A DNA stretch of 64,000 nucleotides from Gammaproteobacteria bacterium (GCA_028819565.1 JAPPLD010000006.1:9299-73298), one strand, 5' to 3'; shown: positions 1 to 9,079, counted from the first letter of the stretch. Notes: generated from the letters alone by a model not told the origin. Translations and numbers: made by a program.

Positions 1-61
1 TCCGGTTGTCCCACTTTCAGCATTAATTTAAGAGGTCAATGTCAATGAGCCATCGGCTAAA

Positions 62-1231
62 TCATTCATCCCCACCAGTTTCCTCCGTCTCGAATCTGGG
101 AAGTGGTTTGGGTAAATAGATAGTGTGCTTCCGAACTCCGATTTCATGCTCGATCAAGAGATCTACGAGTTTTTCTCCATCAATGAGTGTGATTGATTGA
201 GCGCGGCTATCGAGAGCGGCTTCCTTCGTTTTATTAGAGAATTTCGAAGTTGTAATGAGGGTCCCCCTAATAGCGCCGAAGCGGTAAAGCGAACCGCGAA
301 GGGCGTCGAGATCCTTGGGTGGAGTGGTCCTGCCATGTCTCTTGACTTGGATAACCTCTTTCACTGATGTAATGCCGACCTCAATGTTCGCGGTCACATC
401 GACACCGCCATCTCCTGAGCTTGCCGTTACTTCTGCATTTTCATAACCCATCTTGTCTATAAGGAATTTCACTAAATATTCAAACTGCCGGGGGTCCATG
501 CTGCGCAAGCGCTCCAGAAGGTCTTCCCGGGTCTTGTTCTTCTGAGGTTTCAACCATTCATGGAATTCCGACGTTAGACCGTTACCGGCATCTTTAAACT
601 TTCTGAGATACGTGGAACCTTCGCTGGTCAGCGAATATCTCACACCATCACGTTCTATCAAACCCCGCTCAAGGAGATTATTGATTCGTGACCGGAGACA
701 GGTCATGAAAGTGGCGGGACTGCGGAAATTGGAATTAAGTTCGAGATGGTGGCCCCAATCTTCACGAATCTCACTAACGCGTGTTGGCTCATTATTTTCA
801 ACTAAGGAAAGAAGAGCGACGAGCCCTTCTCGTTCATCAAGGCATTGCTCAGTTTGACCGGCGTCATGATTAACGAATTCTTGACCTTCCTTGGTGGGTT
901 GAAGTTTGCCACCAGATGCTTCACTGAGAAGGCTGTACTTTTGAATCAAGCCCCAGTGGCCATAGGTATACCGTGGGTTGACAGTTTTACCGCTCTGTTC
1001 CCAGATGAGTGCAGCGAGTTTGCGGTTCTTGCCTCCAAGTCGTTCAGCGATCCATTCGTCAGGATTGGTCCAGTCAACGATGTCTTGAGGCGTTCCTGTT
1101 AGATTCCAGATAGATTGATTCAATCCAGTGAGTTGTTTTCGAGACCACCCATTCCAGATTCGGAGAAGGTGGCGAACTTCGCCATATGGGGGAAAATGAG
1201 GGACACTTATGCGCGATTCATCTTGGTCCAT
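62..1231 (-). CDS. Mrr-like (type IV-like) restriction endonuclease; C-terminal Mrr_cat-type nuclease domain with ~250-aa N-terminal region
   Basis: 389-aa ORF. The C-terminal ~120 aa (…FEYLVKFLIDKMGYENAEVTASSGDGGVDVTANIEV…VKR…GAIRGTLITTS…) fits the Mrr restriction-endonuclease catalytic-domain pattern as I recall it. Lower GC than the surrounding housekeeping DNA. Confidence 0.55.
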   Translation of the reverse strand: MDQDESRISVPHFPPYGEVRHLLRIWNGWSRKQLTGLNQSIWNLTGTPQDIVDWTNPDEWIAERLGGKNRKLAALIWEQSGKTVNPRYTYGHWGLIQKYSLLSEASGGKLQPTKEGQEFVNHDAGQTEQCLDEREGLVALLSLVENNEPTRVSEIREDWGHHLELNSNFRSPATFMTCLRSRINNLLERGLIERDGVRYSLTSEGSTYLRKFKDAGNGLTSEFHEWLKPQKNKTREDLLERLRSMDPRQFEYLVKFLIDKMGYENAEVTASSGDGGVDVTANIEVGITSVKEVIQVKRHGRTTPPKDLDALRGSLYRFGAIRGTLITTSKFSNKTKEAALDSRAQSITLIDGEKLVDLLIEHEIGVRKHTIYLPKPLPRFETEETGGDE

Positions 1232-1364
1232 GGTCAGTCTTTGGAAGAGTTAGTCAACACAAGCCGCAGGGAGTATACCTGACTAGAAGACCTTGACGGG
1301 TTAATCCGTACCAGTTCGGAGACCGGGAGCCACATGCTGCTGTCCGTGCTATGGCCAGCATACA

Positions 1365-2588
1365 ATGGCAGGGCAGAACTCCAATGGTCTTTTCCGCACC
1401 TCCAACCGTTTCAAACCCATCTCCCATACAGACGTCTTGCCGGAACTCTCCCCTATGCCACTCCCTGAAATCGACAAGACCATAGACCACCTCATCCGGT
1501 GGTCCGAGCAGGACGACTGGGCAGAATATCAATCCGACATTCTCGCCGACCACTTCGACCCGGTCTCGGAGATGTTCGATCTTTACGATCATGAGATTAT
1601 CGATCTCATTGGTGTCGCTTCCGCACCGTTGTACGCTTTCATCATGGAGGATTTCTTCGCCACCCGGTTCGGCGACCAGGGCGAGAGGAATGTCATCGAC
1701 AGCTATCTTAAGCGGCACGGCTGGCGCGAGGATGTCCAGGGCAAACGCTACTTGGAGGCGCTCAAGGATTCCACGGCCATGCTCTACGAGATCTGCGACC
1801 TCGATCCGGGGCGCACGATTGTGATTCGCGACCTGATGCTGGGCGGCGATCCGGTCACCGTGGCGGATTCGGGCCTCCTGGATTCCGTGGAGCGTGGGGA
1901 TTGCTTTGCCGGGCGTCTTTTGGAAGTCAACGGGGAGCCGTGCCTGACCACAGGACTTCTTTACTACCCGCGCGAGGCGGCGCAGGCAGCCTGTGCGGCC
2001 CTCGACGCGACGGCCGGCCGGTTCGTGGAGTACTTCCGCGAGAAAGCAAGAAGGCATGTCGAGGAGGAGGAAGCCCCTGACGATGCCGCCCTGCGGCGGG
2101 TTTTCTTTTTGGGTCGGGCGACTAGCCAGACCCTGACGGAATTCTGGATGGCCACAGTCCTGAACCAGGTCTTGGCGGGCACGCCGTCACCTCGGAGTGC
2201 CGACGGCGAGAGGATACGATTTTCCGATGTCAGCTTCCCGGTTCGGGCGGATGAAGCGGAGGTTGCCGCCATTCTCGACAAAACCGACGTGTTCGAAAGG
2301 GATGCGGATGATGAACCATCTTGGACGTGGCTGGATTCGGGCCCACCGAAGGCGCAAACATTGGAAAACCATGAGGCAGATCCGAATTTGGAATCGGTGT
2401 TTTCGTTCCATGAGTCAGCCCTCGGGATCGTCAACCTTGAGCCTGACGCGCTCGTTCTGAGCGTCAACTCCAAGGAGCGCGCGAAGCGGGGCCGGGATCT
2501 CCTGGTGTCGTGCTTGGGCAAGCGGGTGGGGAGGCCCCGGATCACGCACCGGGATCCGAACCGGGCGCTCAAGGAGTACTGGCGGTAG
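1365..2588 (+). CDS. hypothetical acidic protein (no recognised domain)
   Basis: 407-aa ORF, divergent from the Mrr-like gene; no motif recognised. Confidence 0.4.
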   Translation: MAGQNSNGLFRTSNRFKPISHTDVLPELSPMPLPEIDKTIDHLIRWSEQDDWAEYQSDILADHFDPVSEMFDLYDHEIIDLIGVASAPLYAFIMEDFFATRFGDQGERNVIDSYLKRHGWREDVQGKRYLEALKDSTAMLYEICDLDPGRTIVIRDLMLGGDPVTVADSGLLDSVERGDCFAGRLLEVNGEPCLTTGLLYYPREAAQAACAALDATAGRFVEYFREKARRHVEEEEAPDDAALRRVFFLGRATSQTLTEFWMATVLNQVLAGTPSPRSADGERIRFSDVSFPVRADEAEVAAILDKTDVFERDADDEPSWTWLDSGPPKAQTLENHEADPNLESVFSFHESALGIVNLEPDALVLSVNSKERAKRGRDLLVSCLGKRVGRPRITHRDPNRALKEYWR

Positions 2589-2790
2589 TTTTCCGAGAGC
2601 CAAGAAACGTCCGGACCGGTTGTCGGCAACCCTCGTCCTTTTCATGCGATGGATGGATGCCGGCAAATCCGGCCGAATGGATGCCCGGATGTGGGATGTC
2701 GTGCCTAGGCAGGCGGCCGCCGAAGAGGGGATGTACAGGGGACTGGCATGGTCCAAAAGCGGCAGAATTTCAACCCGCGACCGGCCATTT

Positions 2791-2827
2791 GGGAATTATG
2801 TAGCAAAATCTGCAAGCGCAGGTTTCA
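2791..2827. repeat. left terminal inverted repeat of the IS1595-family element
   Basis: 37/37 bp match to the reverse complement of 5434-5470; preceded by the 8-bp target-site duplication GGCCATTT. Confidence 0.8.
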
Positions 2828-2955
2828 GCGTTTCTTGACCAGCCGATAGCGGCGGTTCAATTCCTCGTTTGACGGCATCCGGTTCTTGTACAGGTCTGGG
2901 CGGTGCGGCTTCTTCAAAAGCACCTTGCGCACGGCCTCGGTGAAGTCGTCCAGTT

Positions 2956-4155
2956 TCATTGCGTAGCCCTCCATTCGGCCATTGTTTTGCTTCCCTTGCT
3001 TCGGTTGCACCCGGAGCAGAGCAGTTGGAGATTGTCGGCGTGATCCGTCCCTCCGCGCGAGCGCGGCAGGATATGGTCAACGTCCATGACGCGGAACGGG
3101 AAATGCGTCTCGCACCCGGCGCACACGCCCTCCTGCTCGCCATACAGCCTATGGCGGTGCGTCCGGTAGTTCGGCAGTTCGCCCATGTCCGTCCGCACGG
3201 GCGGCTTTTCCAGCGCGATTGCGCCAGCAAACAGTTTCCCCCGATCCTCGGCTATCCGTTCGTCCACGAGTTTGATGGCGAGTGGCGAAAGGTCGATGCC
3301 CGCCCACTGGCGACCTAGCCGGTCTGCTACCACCAGCGCAGTAGCGCATCCGCAGAATGGATCTAAAACAAGGTCGCCGGGGTCGGTGCTGGCCTTGACG
3401 ATCCGCTCCAGCAGGGCAAGCGGCTTTTGTGTGGGGTAGCCTAGACGCTCTTTTGACGATCCGGCAATAATCGAAATGTCCCAAACATCGCGCATCGGCA
3501 AACCTTTGGTCGGCTTGTCAATTACGATCTTTCGCGTTCGGGTTTCAGGGTCTAGTATTTGGGTCTTTCCCTTGAACCGCTTCAAATAACTCTCGCTCGG
3601 CGGCTCGTAACTCACATTGAAAGTATTGTCGCCGCCCGCATAAAACAGGATCACATCGTGCATCGTTTGGAAATTACTGCTTTTGGATGGCCAACGGCGA
3701 TACGACCAGATAACCTCGTTTCTGAATTTCCCTTTTCCAAATACAGCATCGAGCATCAGTTTCAGATAGTGGCTGGCAGTCGGGTCGCAGTGCAGGTAGA
3801 TGCTCCCCGTGTCTTTTAGAACACGCCGCATTTCCATCAGCCGAACGGCCATGAAGATCAGGTAGGACTGCATACCCTTGCCGTGCGCCTGACGCGCCGC
3901 CTCTATCACTGAATACGCTGCCGGGTTGCGGTCGGCCAGTTCGCCGTGTTCGTGGACATCGACATCGTCCAGCGTCCACGCATCTTTGAATGACGCGCCC
4001 GCCGCCTTGCTTCCTATCGGGGCTTCGTAGGTGCGGTTCGAGTTGAACGGCGGATCAAGGTAGATCAGGTCGATACATTCCGAATTGATGCCGCGCAGGA
4101 CGGGCAGGTTGTCTCCCGTCCATACGCTCTCGCTGGCGAAGTTGGCTTCACTCAA
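2956..4155 (-). CDS. N6A/N4C DNA methyltransferase (beta-class, PF01555-like) fused to a C-terminal HNH endonuclease domain
   Basis: Motif IV DPPF (LIYLDPPFNS) lies N-terminal to motif I (VLDPFCGCATALV), i.e. beta-class order. The C-terminal block CAGCETH…DHILPRSRGGTDHADNLQLLCSGCNRSKG is a classic HNH. Apparent TTG start; the start overlaps the transposase stop (TTGA). Confidence 0.75.
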   Translation of the reverse strand: MSEANFASESVWTGDNLPVLRGINSECIDLIYLDPPFNSNRTYEAPIGSKAAGASFKDAWTLDDVDVHEHGELADRNPAAYSVIEAARQAHGKGMQSYLIFMAVRLMEMRRVLKDTGSIYLHCDPTASHYLKLMLDAVFGKGKFRNEVIWSYRRWPSKSSNFQTMHDVILFYAGGDNTFNVSYEPPSESYLKRFKGKTQILDPETRTRKIVIDKPTKGLPMRDVWDISIIAGSSKERLGYPTQKPLALLERIVKASTDPGDLVLDPFCGCATALVVADRLGRQWAGIDLSPLAIKLVDERIAEDRGKLFAGAIALEKPPVRTDMGELPNYRTHRHRLYGEQEGVCAGCETHFPFRVMDVDHILPRSRGGTDHADNLQLLCSGCNRSKGSKTMAEWRATQ

Positions 4156-5075
4156 GACACCAGCGCCTTGTAGGTGAGCCGCTTGCCCCCGAAGCCCCGC
4201 ACAAGGGCTTCCATGCGGTCGATGGTGTCAACCTCGCAGTTGCCCTCGTTGAGCCGGAACGCAAACTCATTGATGTAGCGATGGCAGTGCTTCTTCGACC
4301 AGTTGTGGTACACGCCATTGAAGCCGCGTTTCAGAACCGCCCATACCGACTCGATGCCGTTCGTGTGCGCCATGCCATCGACATATTCCTTTGCCGAATG
4401 ATTGACGGTGTGATGCCGATGGGCGATGCCAGCGTAGCATCCTGCTTCGTCCGTGCAGATGGTGGAGCCGGGGCGGACATGCTCGCGTACAACCGACTGC
4501 ACGGTATCCCGGTCGGTGTTCTGAATAGGCTTGGCGACGGTTTTGCCGCCACGCTCGCGCATCCCCAGCACGGCCTGTTTGCCGACTGCGCCGCGTCCGG
4601 CTTTCAGTTTCTTGTGCGAGTGTTTATTGTCCTCTTTTCCGCCCAGATAGGCTTCGTCAATCTCCACTACGCCGAACAGTTTGCCGCCATCCTCGGCGCA
4701 AGCCTCGCGGATGCGCTGGAGCAGATACCAGGCCGTCTTCTGTTGTACGCCCAGTTCCTTTGACAGTTGCATGCTGCTGATACCCTTACGGGCCGTCAGC
4801 ATGTAGTAGAGGGTTACGACCCAGTGCCGGGTGTCGAGCTTGGACGAGTGCATGACCGTTCCGGTCTTTACGGTGAAATTCTTTCGGCAGGACTTGCACC
4901 AGTAGGTGAACGGCTTGGACTTGGGGCGGCTGATTTTCTCGGTGCCGCCGCAGTGCGAGCAGGTCGGTGTGCCGCCCCAACGAACCTGTTCCAGCCACTC
5001 TATCGCCCTCTCTTCGGTGTCGAACATCTGCATGAGTTGAACGATGCTGATTGTTTCTGCCTTACGCTTGGACAT
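4152..5075 (-). CDS. IS1595-family (ISXO2-like) DDE transposase
   Basis: 307 aa. N-terminal Zn-finger CSHCGG…CKSCRK, followed by an ISXO2-like core (QLSKELGVQQKTAWYLLQRIREA…DEAYLGGK…). Good SD (GGAG) 7 nt upstream of the ATG. Confidence 0.8.
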   Translation of the reverse strand: MSKRKAETISIVQLMQMFDTEERAIEWLEQVRWGGTPTCSHCGGTEKISRPKSKPFTYWCKSCRKNFTVKTGTVMHSSKLDTRHWVVTLYYMLTARKGISSMQLSKELGVQQKTAWYLLQRIREACAEDGGKLFGVVEIDEAYLGGKEDNKHSHKKLKAGRGAVGKQAVLGMRERGGKTVAKPIQNTDRDTVQSVVREHVRPGSTICTDEAGCYAGIAHRHHTVNHSAKEYVDGMAHTNGIESVWAVLKRGFNGVYHNWSKKHCHRYINEFAFRLNEGNCEVDTIDRMEALVRGFGGKRLTYKALVS

Positions 5076-5099
5076 GTCTTATCTCCGGTTGTGCAGATT

Positions 5100-5128
5100 A
5101 TTATATACCATATAATTACAGGTGTCAA
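5100..5128 (-). promoter_or_regulatory. consensus sigma70 promoter for the transposase (TTGACA-17-TATAAT on minus strand)
   Basis: Reverse complement of 5123-5128 = TTGACA; 17-nt spacer; reverse complement of 5100-5105 = TATAAT. Lies ~25 nt upstream of the tnp ATG at 5075. Overlaps a weaker divergent plus-strand promoter-like site (TTGTGC 5089-5094 / TATAAT 5111-5116). Confidence 0.5.
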
Positions 5129-5142
5129 GCACAATTCTCACT

Positions 5143-5436
5143 ATGAGATTCATCACCCGGATCATGGCCAAAATGACGACACAACAGCGGCTCGACTGTT
5201 TGCTAAAGCACTTCAATAAACTCGCCGAAAATCAGGGCGACATGATGCAGTTGGACGGTGAAGACATCACCTTGCTAATGGACAAATGCGGCTTTGTCAG
5301 CAGGAGCGAAATCGCGTTCTACTTGGATTCACTCGCCACCCTCGGACTAATGCGAAGCAGTTGTTCCGCCGACCACACCTTGCTTGCCGCGTCGATCACA
5401 ATTGAAGGATATTGCCGATTAGACGAGATTCAGTGA
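5143..5436 (+). CDS. small hypothetical ORF inside the IS element, divergent from tnp
   Basis: ORF 5122(GTG)/5143(ATG)-5436. No SD; no recognisable domain. Its stop lies inside the right IR. May be non-coding. Confidence 0.2.
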   Translation: MRFITRIMAKMTTQQRLDCLLKHFNKLAENQGDMMQLDGEDITLLMDKCGFVSRSEIAFYLDSLATLGLMRSSCSADHTLLAASITIEGYCRLDEIQ

Positions 5437-5470
5437 AACCTGCGCTTGCAGATTTTGCTACATAATTCCC
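5434..5470. repeat. right terminal inverted repeat of the IS1595-family element
   Basis: Reverse complement of 2791-2827; followed by the target-site duplication GGCCATTT (5471-5478). Confidence 0.8.
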
Positions 5471-5601
5471 GGCCATTTCACGTGAAGGCCGTCCATGCTA
5501 AACTCCCATCAACGCCATCCCCCCCGAAAACGGAATTGAGGAGGGACTCCGAACCACCTTTAGGGTTGGAATAAATAAGGCTGACCGACCTGGAACACAT
5601 C

Positions 5602-5844
5602 ATGATAATGGACAACATTCAGTTGATCATCCTGATCGTGACGATCCTCGGCAGCGTGTTCGCGCATGGCAGGATTATTCTGGGCCGCATGTCGGCTCTG
5701 GAAGATCGTGTGTCCGCCGTAGAAAGCCGCCTGTCGGCCGTGGAAAGTCGCCTTTCACATATGGAAGGATTGTTCGAAGGATTCCGTGCTGCCGGAATCT
5801 TGTCGCCTTCTCAGCCCGATAAAAATCAGACACAAGCTGCTTAG
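5602..5844 (+). CDS. small membrane-anchored coiled-coil protein (hypothetical)
   Basis: 80 aa. N-terminal hydrophobic helix, then tandem RVSAVESRLSAVESRLS heptad-like repeats. Confidence 0.35.
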   Translation: MIMDNIQLIILIVTILGSVFAHGRIILGRMSALEDRVSAVESRLSAVESRLSHMEGLFEGFRAAGILSPSQPDKNQTQAA

Positions 5845-6039
5845 GCAGATTGTTTCGGGAGCACTGGGGGACGGTCAATCGCCGCCTCTCGGTGCATCGG
5901 CGCATCGGGCGTTAAGAGATTTCCAGATATCGGGCTATTCGGCTTTCCACAGGCGCACCGTCGGGGAAATCGCCGAAATCCCCGTATGCTAAAGTAATTG
6001 CATCACTTTTTGGCGGGGTTTAACCACGGAATCACCCAC

Positions 6040-7845
6040 ATGAGGAAATTCTGGAAAAAAACCGCCAAAAAAATCCCGAGATACTTAAAAACCCGGTTCC
6101 TGCCATTCCTCGAATGGTTGCCGGAACTACGTTCATCTTCCGTCATGAAGGCGGACCTCATCGCCGGTACCACCGTCGCCCTGGTGATCGTCCCGCAATC
6201 AATGGCTTATGCCCAGTTGGCAGGCTTGCCGACTTATTACGGCCTGTATGCCTCGTTCTTACCGGTAATCGTTTCGGCCGTGTTCGGGTCGTCCCGCCAG
6301 TTGGCGACCGGTCCGGTCGCCGTTATCTCGCTGCTGACCGCATCGGCCCTGGAGCCGATCGCATCATCGGGATCGGAAGGCTATATCGCCTACGCAATTA
6401 TGCTGGCCTTGATGGTTGGCGTGTTCCAGATTGCTCTGGGGCTTCTACGCCTAGGGGTACTGGTCGATTTCCTGTCGCATCCGGTGGTCTTGGGTTTCAC
6501 CAATGCCGCGGCTCTGATTATCGCCACGTCCCAGTTAGGCAAGTTGCTGGGGGTGGTTGCCGAGAAAAGCGAACACCACTACGAGACGGTCTGGAACATC
6601 CTTGTTGCAGCATCCGAGTTCACGCACTGGCCGACCGTGGCTATGAGCGTTGTGGCCATTGGTCTAATGTATTTTCTGCCAAGGTTCTGGCAAAAAATCC
6701 CTGCCATCTTGGTCGCGGCAGTCCTGACCACGGTGGCGTCCTGGGCCATGGATTTCAAAGAGAACTTTGGCGGAGCCATTGTTGGAGCAATTCCAGAGGG
6801 CCTTCCAAGTTTTGTTCTGCCCACCGTCGATTTTAGTTACCTGCTGGACTTGGCGGGGGTCGCGATCGCCATCTCGCTGATCGGCTTTATGGAAGCCTTT
6901 TCCGTGGCCAAGTCCATGTCGATGAGAAAGACGCGCCAACATCTGGATGCGAACCAGGAGTTGCTGGGTCAGGGCCTCGGCAATCTGGCAGCCAGCATGT
7001 TTCAGGGCTATGCGGTTTCCGGTTCGTTTTCCCGTTCTGCGGTGAACTTGAGCGCCGGGGCGGTCACCGGTTTTTCCTCTGTCGTGACCGGCCTGCTCGT
7101 CGCCGCGACCCTGCTGTTCTTGACCCCGATCCTGTACCACATGCCGCAGGCCATGCTGGCATCGGTCATCATCATCGCCGTAGCGGGCCTGATCCGGGTC
7201 AAGCCGATCATTGATGCCTGGAAAGTCCAGAAACACGATGCAGTCGTGGCGGTCATCACATTCGTATTGACGCTGGCGTTCGCGCCGCACCTGGAAAACG
7301 GTATCATCATCGGAGTGCTTTTGGCGCTCGGACTGTTCGTCTACCGCATCATGCGACCGAACATCAGCCTGATTTCGCGTGACAGCATGGGCAAGTTTGC
7401 TGATGCCCGGCGGCGGATTCTTGAGACTTGCTGTAGCATCTCAATGCTGCGCTTTGACGGACCACTGTTCTTCGCCAACACGGGTTATTTCAGCGATCAG
7501 GTCCTGCGGGCCGCTGCTTCGACTGAGGGCTTGCGCTACATCATCGTGGACGCGAGCAGCATCACAGAGATCGACTCGACCGGGGAGCATATGCTGCACA
7601 GCCTTGCGCGAGAACTGGTGGATTCCGAGATCACTTTCATCGTGACCCGTGCTAAGCCGGAGATCATGGAGATTTTTGAGCGCACAGGGTTCGCCAGTCC
7701 GGAGTGGAGTGAGTATTTCACGGCAACCCGGGAAGAGGCAATGGATTATGCGATGAAGCAGATGAAGATCTGCGGAGACAAGCCTTGTGGCTGTACGCGG
7801 GACAAGTGCCCGATGATGGCCAAGCCCAAACCCGGGACGATATAA
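6040..7845 (+). CDS. SulP-family sulfate/anion permease with C-terminal STAS domain
   Basis: Multi-TM protein with the SulP N-terminal signature (…DLIAGTTVALVIVPQSMAYAQLAGLP…) and a C-terminal STAS-like domain. The ATG at 6040 is preferred over the TTG at 5998. Cys-rich tail CGDKPCGCTRDKCP. Confidence 0.85.
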   Translation: MRKFWKKTAKKIPRYLKTRFLPFLEWLPELRSSSVMKADLIAGTTVALVIVPQSMAYAQLAGLPTYYGLYASFLPVIVSAVFGSSRQLATGPVAVISLLTASALEPIASSGSEGYIAYAIMLALMVGVFQIALGLLRLGVLVDFLSHPVVLGFTNAAALIIATSQLGKLLGVVAEKSEHHYETVWNILVAASEFTHWPTVAMSVVAIGLMYFLPRFWQKIPAILVAAVLTTVASWAMDFKENFGGAIVGAIPEGLPSFVLPTVDFSYLLDLAGVAIAISLIGFMEAFSVAKSMSMRKTRQHLDANQELLGQGLGNLAASMFQGYAVSGSFSRSAVNLSAGAVTGFSSVVTGLLVAATLLFLTPILYHMPQAMLASVIIIAVAGLIRVKPIIDAWKVQKHDAVVAVITFVLTLAFAPHLENGIIIGVLLALGLFVYRIMRPNISLISRDSMGKFADARRRILETCCSISMLRFDGPLFFANTGYFSDQVLRAAASTEGLRYIIVDASSITEIDSTGEHMLHSLARELVDSEITFIVTRAKPEIMEIFERTGFASPEWSEYFTATREEAMDYAMKQMKICGDKPCGCTRDKCPMMAKPKPGTI

Positions 7846-7973
7846 CTGCTGGAATCGTGGCCCGCAGCCCATTTTTAGGCATTCATTCGGACAGTTCGGG
7901 GAAGGGCGCGGTGTATAATGGCTGCCAGACGAGCGACTCTTCGCGCATATCTTTCTGGGATTTCATAAACGTC

Positions 7974-8297
7974 ATGCACGGACGCGGATTTCTTCTTGCG
8001 GCTTCTCTCGTATTGGGATTAACTCCTGCTCTCGTAGCTGCTGACGAAGCGGCGATCGAACGCGGACGCACTTTGGCAGGGACCTGCCTCGGATGCCACG
8101 GCGTCCCCAGTTACACCAATGTCTACCCGACCTTCCACGTGCCGAAACTAGGTGGTCAGCATGCGGAGTACATCGTGGCAGCCCTGAAAACTTATAAATC
8201 CGGTGAGCGCAAGCATCCGACCATGCGAGCGCATTCGGTCAGGCTTTCGGGAGAACAGATCCGAGACATCGCGACCTATTTCTCTTCCCTCAAATGA
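7974..8297 (+). CDS. monoheme cytochrome c (class I, c4/c553-like)
   Basis: Signal peptide, then the heme-binding motif CLGCHG. Start taken at an internal ATG after the SulP stop. Confidence 0.7.
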   Translation: MHGRGFLLAASLVLGLTPALVAADEAAIERGRTLAGTCLGCHGVPSYTNVYPTFHVPKLGGQHAEYIVAALKTYKSGERKHPTMRAHSVRLSGEQIRDIATYFSSLK

Positions 8298-8653
8298 ACC
8301 GTCCATTCCGTTCTTTCCTGGTTTCAGTTGCGGTCGCGCTGAGTGTCGGGCTTTCAGGCCCCGTGCTGGCGGGCGATCCGGTGGCAGGCAAGGAGAAGTC
8401 TGTGACCTGCCAAGCCTGTCATGGTCCGGATGGCAACAGCCCGATCCCGACGTTCCCGATCATTGCCGGACAGCATAAGGATTATCTGTTGCACAGCATG
8501 CTGAGCTACAAGACCGGCGAGCGCACCAATCCGATCATGGTTGCCATCGTGCAACCGCTGTCGGAAGAGGATATTGAAGATCTGGCCGCGTATTACGCGT
8601 CTCAGGAAGGCTTGTACCAGATTGACGCGGGCCTGGGCTCCGGTACTCCCTGA
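8294..8653 (+). CDS. monoheme cytochrome c (class I)
   Basis: Signal peptide, then CQACHG heme-binding motif. ATGA overlap with the upstream cytochrome gene. Confidence 0.7.
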   Translation: MNRPFRSFLVSVAVALSVGLSGPVLAGDPVAGKEKSVTCQACHGPDGNSPIPTFPIIAGQHKDYLLHSMLSYKTGERTNPIMVAIVQPLSEEDIEDLAAYYASQEGLYQIDAGLGSGTP

Positions 8654-8654
8654 A

Positions 8655-8894
8655 TCAACCGGTCTTCTCGCTTTCTTCCGGCGTCAACGGTCGGATCGTC
8701 AAGGCATGCAGTGATCCGTCCGCGATCTGTTCCCGGACGGTGGCATAGACCAATTGGTGGCGTTTGACGGACATCAGGCCCTCGAACGCATTACTGACCA
8801 CCGTCGCCTCAAACTTCCCCTCACTACCGCTCACGGCCACTTCGGCATCGGGCATGCCGGCCTGGATCAGATTTTCGACTTGCTGTGAGTCCAC
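8655..8894 (-). CDS. BolA/IbaG-family protein
   Basis: 79 aa with a BolA-like fold signature (…AEVAVSGSEGKFEATVVSNAFEGLMSVKRHQLVYATV…). Confidence 0.7.
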   Translation of the reverse strand: MDSQQVENLIQAGMPDAEVAVSGSEGKFEATVVSNAFEGLMSVKRHQLVYATVREQIADGSLHALTIRPLTPEESEKTG

Positions 8895-9079
8895 TGAGTC
8901 TCCCTAAAGAAAGTGCACCTGTATTTCCTATGATACAGGCCATTCCTGACAGATCGTAGAAATCACGATCCCGATCGGGACGCGCTTGAGGAGTAAAGGG
9001 GGTTAAAATGTCAATATGCCTATGGCCTGCCTGCCGTTGGCAGGGTAAGCCCTATCCCGGAAGTTACCGCGCTAGAACG

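Larger units (their letters stand above)
2791..5470. mobile_element. IS1595-family insertion sequence carrying passenger genes (transposon-like IS, ~2.68 kb)
   Basis: Perfect 37-bp terminal inverted repeats (2791-2827 GGGAATTATGTAGCAAAATCTGCAAGCGCAGGTTTCA, and its reverse complement at 5434-5470). An 8-bp direct repeat GGCCATTT flanks the element (2783-2790 and 5471-5478). It contains an IS1595/ISXO2-like DDE transposase and an MTase-HNH gene. Confidence 0.75.

Noticed and set aside
2825-3010. 61-aa minus-strand ORF overlapping the left IR of the IS element and the 3' end of the MTase-HNH gene.
   Set aside because: It overlaps the methylase coding region in another frame, and its stop lies inside the terminal repeat. 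No SD or domain; likely spurious.
5998-6039. ORF-track start of the SulP gene at 5998.
   Set aside because: Position 5998 is TTG, not ATG. The ATG at 6040 gives a normal SulP N-terminus, so the upstream extension was rejected.
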